From: Pelagomonas calceolata
Lineage: Eukaryota
Length of the DNA: 64,000 bases
Direction of reading: 5' to 3'
Assembly: GCA_918797485.1 (NCBI GenBank)
Contig: CAKKNE010000002.1
Coordinates: forward strand, 3,410,001 to 3,474,000
This document shows positions 9,631 through 19,290 of this stretch, one piece after another. The notes beneath the pieces were generated by a model, which was not told the origin of the DNA, did no database searches, and saw nothing but the letters and a program-made list of their open reading frames with translations. Each line of letters begins with the position of its first letter. The first letter of the stretch is position 1. Made by a program: the position numbers and the translations under genes.

Positions 9631-11280
9631 ATGCGCACCCAGCTATACGTCGTCGCAGCGGTCGCCAGCACCCATGCCCTGCGCGCCCCGCAAGCGCGCC
9701 GTCGGACGGCGCTGCGCGCCGCGACGCTGCCCCTGGAGGACCCGAACGGCATCGCGGACGCGCGTTACCGCAAGGGCGTGAAGCAGGTGTCGACGCTCGG
9801 GCCGGCGTCGGCGACGCGGGACATGATTGAAAAGTTATTCGTGGCGGGCACGGATGTCTTTAGATTGAACCTGAGCCACGGCGCCGCGGACAAGCTCGAG
9901 GCCGCGCGGCACATAAGGGAGGTCGAGGCCAAGTTCGGCCACCCCGTCGGCATCCTGGCGGACCTCCAGGGGCCGAAGCACCGCGTGGGCATGTTTTCTG
10001 ACGAGCTCCCAAAAGTCTTCCTCGAGAAGGGCCAGAGCTACCGGTTCGACCTGGAAGACGCGCCGGGGACGCAGTCGAGAGTACAATTACCGCACCCCGA
10101 GGTCCTCGCGGCCTTGAAAAAGGGCGACGCCATTTTGTTAGATGACGGGAAGCTGCGGGTCGAGGTTACAAGTACGGGAAACGGTTTTGTGGATACGGTG
10201 GTCACGAACGACGCGGCGCTGTCCTCAAGGAAAGGCTTCAACCTGCCGGACACGGTCGTGCCCACGTCGGCGATGACGCCGAAGGACATTGAGGATCTGG
10301 AATTCCTCATGGAGGGCTTCGAGGGCGTCACCGTCGACTGGATCGCTCTGTCTTTCGTGCAGCGGCCCGAGGACATGCTCGAGCTCAAGAAGCGGATCAA
10401 TGGACGGAGCAGCGCCAAGGTCCTCGCGAAGCTGGAAAAGCCCCAGGCCGTCGAGCCGGAGATGTTACGAGCGATCACGGACGTGTGCGACGGGATCATG
10501 GTCGCGCGCGGCGACCTGGGCGTGGAGATGCCGCCGGAAGACGTGCCCATCGTCCAGAAGGAGATCATCGAGGAGTGTCGGAGGCAGGGCAAGCCCGTGA
10601 TCGTGGCGACGCAGATGCTTGAGAGCATGATCGACTCGCCGGCGCCGACGCGGGCCGAGTGCTCGGACGTGGCGACGGCCATTTTCGACGGCTGCGACGC
10701 CATCATGCTGTCGGGCGAGAGCGCCGCGGGCAAGTACCCCGAGGAGTCCGTGCGCATGCAGCAGCGGCTCGTGAGAAGGGTGGAAGCATCAACAAGGCAC
10801 CAGGAGCTCGTGCGAATGGGTAACATCGGAGGCTACGAGCCGCCGCACGGCGAGACGGACACGGACGCCGTGGTGGAGGCCGCGGCGAACCTCGCGCGGT
10901 CCCTCGACGCCAAGTGTCTGCTGGTCTTCACGCGGACGGGCTCGTCGGCGCGGCGGCTCGCTCGCTTAAAGCCGGGCCTGCCCATCCTCGCCGTGACGCC
11001 TTCCGTCGACGTCGCGCGGTCGCTGGCGCTCTCGGCGTACGTGTATCCGGCGGTGCTCGACCCGGCGGCCGTCGACGCCGAGCGCGCGAACCTGTTCTTC
11101 AAGATGCTCGAGGCGGGGCTCGACGTGGCGCGGCGGAAGCACCTCGTGCGCGACCCGACGGACCGCATCGTCTGCACGGCGGGCCTGCCCTTCAACGTCG
11201 AGGGCTGCGCGAACGCGATCCGGGTGGTCGAGGCGGCCGGCCTGGACTGCTGGGGCGGGCAGTGCATCTGGGAGGGCTAG
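9631..11280 (+). CDS. PK: Pyruvate kinase, probably plastid-targeted
   Basis: TLGPAS, FRLNLSHG, DLQGPK, IMVARGDLGVE, ATQMLESM, MLSGESAAGKYP; N-terminal signal plus transit-like peptide. Confidence 0.96.
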   Translation: MRTQLYVVAAVASTHALRAPQARRRTALRAATLPLEDPNGIADARYRKGVKQVSTLGPASATRDMIEKLFVAGTDVFRLNLSHGAADKLEAARHIREVEAKFGHPVGILADLQGPKHRVGMFSDELPKVFLEKGQSYRFDLEDAPGTQSRVQLPHPEVLAALKKGDAILLDDGKLRVEVTSTGNGFVDTVVTNDAALSSRKGFNLPDTVVPTSAMTPKDIEDLEFLMEGFEGVTVDWIALSFVQRPEDMLELKKRINGRSSAKVLAKLEKPQAVEPEMLRAITDVCDGIMVARGDLGVEMPPEDVPIVQKEIIEECRRQGKPVIVATQMLESMIDSPAPTRAECSDVATAIFDGCDAIMLSGESAAGKYPEESVRMQQRLVRRVEASTRHQELVRMGNIGGYEPPHGETDTDAVVEAAANLARSLDAKCLLVFTRTGSSARRLARLKPGLPILAVTPSVDVARSLALSAYVYPAVLDPAAVDAERANLFFKMLEAGLDVARRKHLVRDPTDRIVCTAGLPFNVEGCANAIRVVEAAGLDCWGGQCIWEG

Positions 11281-12388
11281 GCGGCGGGGGCCGGTTAACA
11301 TCGTTCCGTCGTTATTTGATTCTTGTCTTAAAGACGATGTAGACTAAGATCATGTAGTGCGTGCCTACGGCCCCTCCCCGCCAGGCGTGCCGGGATAGAA
11401 CGACAGCAGGTAGCGCGAGAGGGCGAGGTGCTTGGACGAGAAAGCAATCTTGTCGTCATCCTTCATTTTTCCGTACTCAGTCATGAAATCCGCGAACACC
11501 GATGAGCTGTGCTTGACGTACGGCGCCCGCGCCGCGTCGCGACCAGGGCCTATAAACGTAATCGTAACCTTAGTAGTCGGAGGGGAGGGGTCGCGCGGGG
11601 AAAGGGATGGGGGAGGGGGAGGGAAGGGGTAAGGGCGGGGTAGGACGGGGGAAGGGGAGGGGGTCGACTCGGTTACTGGGGGTGCTGCCCGCGGCGCGGC
11701 GGCGTCAGGTAGGTGTCCATCGCGTGGCCCGTGCGCTCGAAGACGCCCGGAGACTCCGACACGCGGCGGCGCACGCGGGACCGCTCCTGGGCCGCGGCTT
11801 CGGCCGCGGCTGCGGCGCCGCGGCCGCCGTGGCCGAAGAGGCCGCGGAAGATGGAAGGCAATAAAATCTTCCCTTAAAAGATTGGAACTACCTTGATTTC
11901 TGTAAGAAACCAAGCGAAACCGTTGTGGTACCAACTTTGGTGTGCTCGCCAGGGTTTACCTGGCCGTGCGGGTCAAGCACGACATGAACAGCTGGGGAGA
12001 CGAGCCCGAAAACTGCAGGATTGAATTTGCTAAGCTCATGAAATTAAGTACACACCCCGACGTTAAAGCCGAAATTAAGAAAGTTCGAGGTGCAAGAGGT
12101 TGGGATGACGCCTTCAAGGCTGAATCGTTAGCGGTCGAGCGGTCTGGCTGACGGTCTGGCAAGGACGAGGACTAGTCCTGAGCCCCCCCCCCTCTGGTTG
12201 TGTGGATAAAGAGGTTCTTCATCGTGTGTTCCGCTGCGCGTTTTTCGGGCAGCCTGGGGCATACCCGTGAGGCTAATCCCAGGGCTTGCTAGTGTCTTAC
12301 AGGCCGCTAGGCTTCAGAGAGCGTCCAGGGTAAAATCCAGCTACGGGCTAGCATTATACCACCATCTCGCGTTCGAACCGTACGAACG

Positions 12389-13927
12389 ATGCGCCGCGGC
12401 TTCCTCGCGGCCGCCCGGCCGGGCCCGCCGCCGCCGCCGCCGGCGGACGAGAGCAAGTGCTTCGTGTGCGGCGGCCGGCGCTCCGCCTCGGACGCGAACG
12501 CGGACGTGCGCTGCTTCGGCGCGCCGGCCTGCGGGAGCTGCGCGCGGCGGTGGCGCGTCGAGGCCGCGCTGCGGACGTGCCGCGACGCGCAGAGGCTCGC
12601 GACGCGGGGCCGCCTCGCGCCGTACCTCGGCCGCTTCGTGGAGCAGTTCGAGGGCATCCGGGCGGCCGCGCCGGAGCAGCTGGACCAGTTGCTGGACGCG
12701 CTGCGGCGGAACAAGGCCGTGGGCCGGCGCCGGCCCGGCGCCCGCGTGGACGCGCCGCCGCAGGGCCTGGTGGACGACGCGACGCTGCTGCGGCTCGCGG
12801 GGCGGCGGACGTCCGACGACCGGGTCGTCGCGGCGCTGCGGCGCTGGGCGCGGACGACGCCCGAGGGCCTCGGGCTCTACGAGGCCTACGCGACGCTCGA
12901 GACGCTCCGGGCGGCGCGGGCGGACCGCGCGCGGCCCGGGAGCTGGACCTACGCGAACGGGGACGTGGCGAAGGTCGCCGCGGCGCTGGTCTCGGGACGG
13001 GGGGACGCGCTCGGCGCGGCGTTCGCGGACCCGACGGCGCTGTCGCGCCTCGGGCGCACGTGCCGCGAGGCGACGCACTGCGTCGCGCGGTCGGCGGCGG
13101 CCTGGCGCGCGTGCTGCCTCGCGCGGCACCCCCACCTCCGGCGGGACGGCGGCGACGCGGCGCGCTGGCGCGCGGCGGCGCACTTCGCGGGCCTCCGCCA
13201 GACCAGACGCCCGGCCCTGCCGCCCGCGACGGCGTGCTGCGTGCCGCGGCTGCGGCGGGAGCTCAAGGTGCTGACCGAGGAGCCCGTCGCGGGCCTGAGC
13301 GCGCTGCCGCGCGAGAAGGACATCCGGGTCTGGCTCGCGACGGTGGACGGCCCCGCGGATACGATGTACGCGGGCGGCCGCTTCCGCCTCTCCTTGCAAT
13401 TCGCGGACGACTACCCGCTCCAGCCGCCGCGCGTGCGCTTCCTGACGCAGGTCTTCCACCCGAACGTGGATGTCGCGTCGGGCGCCGTCTGCGTCGACCT
13501 CCTGACCGACGCGCACTGGACGCCGGCGGCGAACGTGAGGGTCGTGCTGCTTTCATTGCAGTCGCTGCTCGCGGACCCGACGGCCGTCGACGCCGAGAGC
13601 CCGGCGAACGCCGAGGCGGCCGCGCTGCTGAAGAACGACCGGCCCGCCTTCGAGCGGCGCGCGCGAATGGACGCGGCGAACTCGCTGGACTTCTACGACG
13701 GGGCCCGGCCCGAGGACGAGGCGCCGGAGGAGCTCGAGGCGCCGGACGCGGGCGAGGAGGGGTCCCCGGCGAAGTGGGCGAGCGAGGCCGCCGCCTGGGC
13801 CGCGCGCGAGGCCGGCGTCGAGGCCCCGCCGCCGGCCGACGACGGCGAGGACTGGGCGCCGCGCTCGTCGCCGCTCGGGAAGTCGCCCTCGAAGGCTGCG
13901 CGCGAGGCGGCGATGGAGATCGGGTGA
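12389..13927 (+). CDS. Ubiquitin-conjugating enzyme (E2) with long N-terminal extension including an F-box-like segment
   Basis: GPADTMYAGG, YPLQPPRVRF, FHPNV, catalytic C in VCVDLL, W-TPA, SPANAEAA. Confidence 0.88.
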   Translation: MRRGFLAAARPGPPPPPPADESKCFVCGGRRSASDANADVRCFGAPACGSCARRWRVEAALRTCRDAQRLATRGRLAPYLGRFVEQFEGIRAAAPEQLDQLLDALRRNKAVGRRRPGARVDAPPQGLVDDATLLRLAGRRTSDDRVVAALRRWARTTPEGLGLYEAYATLETLRAARADRARPGSWTYANGDVAKVAAALVSGRGDALGAAFADPTALSRLGRTCREATHCVARSAAAWRACCLARHPHLRRDGGDAARWRAAAHFAGLRQTRRPALPPATACCVPRLRRELKVLTEEPVAGLSALPREKDIRVWLATVDGPADTMYAGGRFRLSLQFADDYPLQPPRVRFLTQVFHPNVDVASGAVCVDLLTDAHWTPAANVRVVLLSLQSLLADPTAVDAESPANAEAAALLKNDRPAFERRARMDAANSLDFYDGARPEDEAPEELEAPDAGEEGSPAKWASEAAAWAAREAGVEAPPPADDGEDWAPRSSPLGKSPSKAAREAAMEIG

Positions 13928-14050
13928 TTAGTTTTTTCCTGTTGCTTTTTTAGAAGTCCCGGGGCCACCTAACCCGTCTCTGCCCTAGCAACCGAACAGA
14001 ACGGCGGAGCAACTAGCCCTTGAATTGCAACGCGCCGCTTGAGCATCGTA

Positions 14051-14962
14051 CTAGTACCAGGGGATGTGCCTCGTATACGCATTCATCCTCGCATAGAAGG
14101 CCTCACGGTGCGCATCCAGACGCTGCTGCGCCACCTCGAACGCCGCTTCGTACGTGCTCTCCTCCACGTTGAGCGCGGATTTTATGAGGTCGATGAGGCG
14201 CTGGTTCGCCGGCGTCAGCGGTTCGTCTTCGAGATTCCTGAGCAAGTCGGCGCCGCTCGCGACCAGGTAGCCGGCGTCGGCCTTGACGACGTCGCAGCCC
14301 TCCTCGATGAGAAACGTCGCCAACTCGTACTTTGCGGCGCGCGCCGGGCGGGCTTCGATGCACCAGGCGAGCGCACAGGTGCCCGCACCGTCGTCCGGCT
14401 CGCACTCGGCGTCGATATCGGCGCCGGCCGCGAGGAGGAGGCGGGCTACATCGACCGAGCCGGCCGAGGGACAGCCCGCCACGTAGTGCAGCGGGATGCA
14501 TTCGCGCGACAGTTTAGCGCCATAGGCGATCAGGGTCCGCATGAACCGGAACGGGACGAACACGCGTCGCGGGTCGTACTCGCCATCCAGCACCCAGTCG
14601 TCGCGGTTCGCGGGCGCGTCCGGGTGGCGCTCGTCCGTGCGGACGATGTTCCTCCGCGAGAAGGCCCGTCCGGCCGCCTCGCGAGACGCCAGGGAGCTCT
14701 CGTCTACAATGTTCCGATACCGCGTCCGGAGTTCGTGCTCCGCCTCTCGCACCGTCATCCCGATGCCTCCGAACCGAGACCGCTCGGCCGCGTCCGTGCC
14801 CTTGCGCAGGGCCGCCCGCTCGGGCGCGAACTTGCCCACCGCGACGACGACGGCCGGCGAGACCGTGTGCGACGCGATCTTGCGGAGCAGGTCCGTCGGC
14901 AAGCGCAAGAGCGGCGATTTTTCCCGGCGCGCGCGGCGCCGCGTTCGCATCTTGTGGGCCAT
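14051..14962 (-). CDS. Ankyrin-repeat protein with F-box-like N-terminus
   Basis: PLHYVA..VDVARLLLAAGADID and FLIEEGCDV repeats; LLRLPTDLLRKIAS. Confidence 0.65.
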   Translation of the reverse strand: MAHKMRTRRRARREKSPLLRLPTDLLRKIASHTVSPAVVVAVGKFAPERAALRKGTDAAERSRFGGIGMTVREAEHELRTRYRNIVDESSLASREAAGRAFSRRNIVRTDERHPDAPANRDDWVLDGEYDPRRVFVPFRFMRTLIAYGAKLSRECIPLHYVAGCPSAGSVDVARLLLAAGADIDAECEPDDGAGTCALAWCIEARPARAAKYELATFLIEEGCDVVKADAGYLVASGADLLRNLEDEPLTPANQRLIDLIKSALNVEESTYEAAFEVAQQRLDAHREAFYARMNAYTRHIPWY

Positions 14963-15185
14963 TTCGTGTTTTGCGTCCCGCGTGGGGGCGTTCAGAGCCG
15001 ACCTCGTATGTTGGTGCGCTGGTTAGCCCCGGTTAGCCCCGGTCTCCTGTGCGCGAGTGCTGGGCGCGCTTCGTAGGGGGGGGCTCCCCCGCGGGTTGGG
15101 GTAAGAGCTTGGGGAGGGCTCCGGACGACTTTTGCGGCCAGGGGGGGTGTTCCTGGTCCTAATAGGCAGCTTGATGAGGCTAAAC

Positions 15186-15234
15186 GCTGTCGACGTAGAA
15201 ACCCGCGAGCTCAGGAGGCCCGGGGCTCGATCGC
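15186..15234 (+). repeat. Dispersed repeat A (second copy 24398-24446)
   Basis: 49-bp near-identical gctgtcgacgtagaaacccgcgagctc..ggggctcgatcgc. Confidence 0.85.
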
Positions 15235-15308
15235 CAGTTGATGAGGCTAAAGGCAATCAACGATAGAGAACCCGAACTCACCCTATGAGGCTCTGCGAGC
15301 ATGATTAT

Positions 15309-15329
15309 CTAGCGCCTGTAAGACACTAG
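15309..15329. promoter_or_regulatory. Recurrent intergenic motif CTAGCG-N-TAAGACACTAG (representative copy)
   Basis: Related copies at 1273, 4476, 12289, 24457, 26131, 31950, 34210, 37568, 38302, 53575, 57336 and 61936. A regulatory role is inference only. Confidence 0.45.
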
Positions 15330-15405
15330 CTAGCACGCAGGCAGCGCACATACTGGCCGCGAAAAAAAGACGCGCATCACTTTTTACCCAAAAATATTTG
15401 AAAGC

Positions 15406-16350
15406 ATGCGCCGCGTTCTCCGCGGCGCGACGGCGCGCACCTTCGTCGTGCAGCCGCGCCCGCCGAAGCGGCGGCTCCTCGAGCTCACGTTAGTGCGGCA
15501 CGGCCAGAGCGAGGGCAACCTCGCGTACCGGCGCGCGGGCCAGGGCGACGACTCGCTGTACGACGGCGCGTTCATGGACCGGCACTCGTCGCTGTGGCGC
15601 CTGACGGACCGCGGGAGAAGGGAGGCGCGCGCCGCGGGCGAGTGGCTCAAGGAGAACTGCGACCAGTTCGACGCGCACTACACGTCCGAGTTTCTGCGGG
15701 CGATGGAGACGTCGGCTTTACTTAATATAGAGGGCGCGCGCTGGTACGCCGAGCCGAACTGTCGCGAACGGGACTGGGGCTCCTGGGATTTAGCAAGGCC
15801 CAACGAACGGCTGTCCAAGGAAGAATCGCGGAGGAGAAGGGCGGGTTTATATTTCGCGCCGGCAGGTGGGGAGTCCCTCGCGGCGGTGATATTGAGGGTG
15901 GACCTCCTCCTAGATTATCTGCATGGGCGCTATCCGGATCGGAGGGTGCTGATCGTCTGCCACGGGGAGCTCATGTGGGCCTTCCGGCTGCGGTTCGAGA
16001 AGTTGAATCAGATCCAGTTCCGGGACATGGCCCACGTCGCGCGCCACGAGGAACGCATCCATAATGGTAGTGTGCTGCGATATACCAGAGAGGACCCGGC
16101 CACGGGCGAGCCCGCCAAATCATTCAGGTGGATGCAGCTCGCGACGCCCGGCCACGGCGACGCCATCAAACGGCAGCCGCCCTGGAAGGAGTTCCGGCCC
16201 ATGTCCTACTCGAATTCGGATTTGTTGGAGCTCGTCGGGCGCTTCCCGAACATCTACCGGAGCTCGCTCGACGAGCCGGGCGCGCGGCCGCTCCAGTCTA
16301 TATTACCTTCCGAGCAGGACGACACGGGCTGGCCCGGCGAGCGCGGCTAA
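15406..16350 (+). CDS. Histidine phosphatase / phosphoglycerate mutase family protein
   Basis: LVRHGQSEGN, LTDRG, SEFLRAMET, RERDWG, GGES, LIVCHG. Confidence 0.9.
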   Translation: MRRVLRGATARTFVVQPRPPKRRLLELTLVRHGQSEGNLAYRRAGQGDDSLYDGAFMDRHSSLWRLTDRGRREARAAGEWLKENCDQFDAHYTSEFLRAMETSALLNIEGARWYAEPNCRERDWGSWDLARPNERLSKEESRRRRAGLYFAPAGGESLAAVILRVDLLLDYLHGRYPDRRVLIVCHGELMWAFRLRFEKLNQIQFRDMAHVARHEERIHNGSVLRYTREDPATGEPAKSFRWMQLATPGHGDAIKRQPPWKEFRPMSYSNSDLLELVGRFPNIYRSSLDEPGARPLQSILPSEQDDTGWPGERG

Positions 16351-16485
16351 CCTAGTGTACATCATTATGCCATCGCCGGGGGATTGCTCCTGGGAAGCCT
16401 GCTAGTGCGGGGGGGGAAATAAATAAGCGTACGAGGGCGGGGGCGGGGCGGGCGTTCGGTCACGCAGCCCCCGCGGCGGCCAGGC

Positions 16486-16577
16486 AGCTAGGCGGCCTAG
16501 CTCGTAAGCAAGCAAATAAATAAATAAATTAATTAAGGAAGACCTAAAAAAAGGAACAAGCTCCTAAGAGCCTTCTC
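16486..16577 (+). repeat. AT-rich dispersed repeat D (inverted copy 52191-52284; related segments ~46835-46882 and ~52330-52410)
   Basis: agctaggcggcc..gctcgtaag..aaataaatt..aaggaagaccta..aggaacaagctcctaaga.ccttctc is shared. Confidence 0.8.
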
Positions 16578-16641
16578 CCTGCTCGGTCAGGATGCCCAAC
16601 CGGAAAGCGCTGAGATGTGGACCATTCAAGTTTATTTGTTG

Positions 16642-17304
16642 TTACCACCGCCGAGGCTTCTTCTTCTTCGGCTGTTCCGGGTCGCCGGCGAGGACCGCGC
16701 CGCCCTCGCGGAGCCGGTCCGCGCCCGCCCGGAGCTGGGCCGCGGCCGCGCGCAGCTCCGGGACGTCGTCGAAGGCGTCCGCCAGCGCCTCGCAGGTCCC
16801 GGCGACGGCGCCGAGCCCCGCGCCCGTCGCCGCCGGCGACTGCTCGTAGAGGCCCTTGCCCGTGGCGCTCAGCGCGGTCGCGACGTCGACGGCGGCGCGC
16901 GCGGCGCGCGCGGCGCCGGGGGCCTCGAGGCGGCCCAGCGACTTCGCGCACTCCGTGCCCCCGAAGTAGACGCCGGCCTCGTCGACGGCGTAGGCGGCCA
17001 GCTCGAGGCCGCCCTTGTGCCGGAACTTGGCGCCCGCGTCGGCGATCGCGCGGCCCGCGTTCTTGATGGCAACGCCGGCCACGCCGCGCGGCTGCCGGAT
17101 CGCCAGGTTCGCCGCGAGGAAGTCCATGCGCTGCGCGTCGGCGAGCAGCGCGTCGCCCGCGAGCTCGATCGCCGCGCCGCCGTCCATGAGCTCGTGCTGC
17201 GCGTCGCGGAACGTGCCGCGGCAACGCACGGTCGTCCGCAAGAGGTGCTGCTCTCCCGTGAAGGCCGCCGCGGCCGCGAGGATGAGGTGCCGCCGCACAC
17301 GCAT
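16642..17304 (-). CDS. Hypothetical Ala-rich protein with possible signal peptide
   Basis: ATG ORF with coding-like GC3 usage; no family recognised. Confidence 0.55.
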   Translation of the reverse strand: MRVRRHLILAAAAAFTGEQHLLRTTVRCRGTFRDAQHELMDGGAAIELAGDALLADAQRMDFLAANLAIRQPRGVAGVAIKNAGRAIADAGAKFRHKGGLELAAYAVDEAGVYFGGTECAKSLGRLEAPGAARAARAAVDVATALSATGKGLYEQSPAATGAGLGAVAGTCEALADAFDDVPELRAAAAQLRAGADRLREGGAVLAGDPEQPKKKKPRRW

Positions 17305-17511
17305 CGTGGGCTAGAGGCTGCTTGCTCTACGGGATGCGTGCAACCGCTTGCCAGTGATGCACGGATGCGGCTGAAGGCTTGTTTATTGCCCGCCACACCG
17401 CTCCTCGACCTGATCGATGGACGACAAACCCCTAGCCTAGCCTAGCCTAGCTTGCCTGGACAGATGCCTAGACCTCAGCTCGGGTTCGGGTTTTACACGG
17501 CGCGCGACCCC

Positions 17512-17568
17512 CTAGTCGCTCCCGCTCCTCCGGGACCCATCCGTCGGGCTAGGACAGAGTAAGGTGGT
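17512..17568 (+). repeat. Dispersed repeat C, 57 bp, identical to 45267-45323
   Basis: ctagtcgctcccgctcctccgggacccatccgtcgggctaggacagagtaaggtggt at both sites. Confidence 0.92.
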
Positions 17569-17985
17569 CGCACGGACCTCCCTCCTTCTTCTTCTCGAAA
17601 GGGATGCCCATCACTGGGCCATCAGGACGTGGAACTGGTCACTGGCTCCTATGGCACCAGGTGCGACGCCGAGCTGGCCAGGGGAGTTTTAGACTTCGAC
17701 CCGTGGCCCGCCTACGTGTCGGGCGGGGAGTCGTGAGACTTCGACCCGCGCCAGATGGCGCTCGACCCACACAGGGTGGAACGGAACTTGGAATAGATGG
17801 ATGCCCCAGCTAACGGCAGTCCCCGTGAACTCGGCCCGTCCGTCGTGGGCGGCGCCGGCGCGAGCTCTCGCTTCGTCAGCTTAACCGACGGGTTTTTGCG
17901 CGCCCCACCCAAGCTCTTAGTAGAGTCTTACCCTAGCCCCTCTCTAGCCCCCCCCTTCAAACCCGTACCAGTGACAGAAGAAGTG

Positions 17986-19011
17986 TTACCCGGCCGGCGG
18001 CGGCGCGGCGGCGGGAGCCGGGGCGCCCCCGCGGGGCACCTCCACGCCGAGCGCCGCGCAGAGGCGCTCCATGACCGCGTCGACGCGCGCGCGGACGACG
18101 AGCGCGGCGGCCCCGTCGTGCGGCGTATCCTGCAGGTTGACGATCACGAACCTGTCGGCCAGCGCCGGCATGTCCGCCGCCGGGATGATGCGCAGCGACG
18201 TGCCCAGGGCCAGGCAGACGTCCGCGGCGCCGAACGCGCGCTCCGCGGGGCCCCACTCCGCGGGCGGCAGGCCGTCGTCCCAGTCGAGCACCGTGTCCCG
18301 CATGACGCCGCCGCACGTGCCGCACGCGTTCCCCGTCGGCTGGAACGACACGCCGCCCAAATCGACGTCGTGGAACGCCTCCGTGCCGCACGTCTCGCAC
18401 TTCTCCGTGAAGACGCAGCCGTGCAGCACGCCCAGCTTGTTCCGCGGGAAGCCCGACCGGCGGTGCAGCCCGTCGACGTTCTGCGTCGCGAGGAAGTCCA
18501 GGGACCCGGCCCGCTCGAGCGCGACGAGCGCGTCGTGCGTGAACGTCGGCCGCACGGTCTCGAAGGAGGCGCCCGAGATCGACGCCAGGTCCGGCGGCCG
18601 CGCCTTTTTCCGTTTCTTCTTCTTGGCCTCGTCCTCGAGCGTCCAGATGCCCTTCGGCCCGCGGAAGTCGGGCAGCCCCGCGCTCGTCGACACGCCGGCG
18701 CCCGTCAGGACGACGACGCGCTCGGCGGCGCGCACCATGTCAATGAGTTGCGCGAGCTTGGCCTCGAGCACGGCCGGCGCGTCCTCGGTCTCGGGGAGCC
18801 CCGTCACGCCCTTGTGCTTGTAGTCGCTGAGCCGCGCCGCGTAGCCGCCGCAGGTGTTCGCCGGCGCCTCGGCCTTGCGCTTCGTGCGCGGTTTCGTCGG
18901 CGGCGGCGCCGCGCGTCGCGTGCGGCAGGCCGCGCAGGTGCGCCGTCTGAGGTCGGTGTTGACGAAGGTGCAGGAGGAGCAGGGCCAGCCGACAGCAGGG
19001 ACTTCAGCCAT
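17986..19011 (-). CDS. Class IV sirtuin (SIRT6/7-like) with N-terminal RanBP2-type zinc finger
   Basis: TGAGVSTSAGLPDFRGPKGIWT, TQNVDGLH, LHG, DTVLDW, LGTSL, VNLQDT; WPCSSCTFVN..CAAC. Confidence 0.93.
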   Translation of the reverse strand: MAEVPAVGWPCSSCTFVNTDLRRRTCAACRTRRAAPPPTKPRTKRKAEAPANTCGGYAARLSDYKHKGVTGLPETEDAPAVLEAKLAQLIDMVRAAERVVVLTGAGVSTSAGLPDFRGPKGIWTLEDEAKKKKRKKARPPDLASISGASFETVRPTFTHDALVALERAGSLDFLATQNVDGLHRRSGFPRNKLGVLHGCVFTEKCETCGTEAFHDVDLGGVSFQPTGNACGTCGGVMRDTVLDWDDGLPPAEWGPAERAFGAADVCLALGTSLRIIPAADMPALADRFVIVNLQDTPHDGAAALVVRARVDAVMERLCAALGVEVPRGGAPAPAAAPPPAG

Positions 19012-19290
19012 ATGACTTGAAATGGCTCGGCGGCTAGCAAATAGCAGCGCACTTGGCTAAACTAAAGTTGGTCCGGGCAAAAAAGAAATCCGTGCGATAT
19101 TTAGAGTCAGCCAAAAACAAACAGGTAGCTCTACAGTCGTCTGCGGAGTTAAAAAAATCGGGTTTTACAGCCTAACCACACGACGGTTCGCGACTCGAGC
19201 GCTTCCGGCACGCGTAGTCCATCTCTGAAAGAGCCCTCGAGCCCCGGCCGCGTCGCCGAGCCGTTTGCGCGCTCAATAAAACAAACGATC

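Noticed and set aside
11365..12162. Short ORFs with protein-like patches between the PK and E2 genes
   Set aside because: No coherent gene model or recognisable family; probably degraded sequence.
17640..17790. AGACTTCGACCC repeats and TGG-starting segments resembling a tRNA or primer-binding site
   Set aside because: No cloverleaf could be folded and no LTR pair was found.
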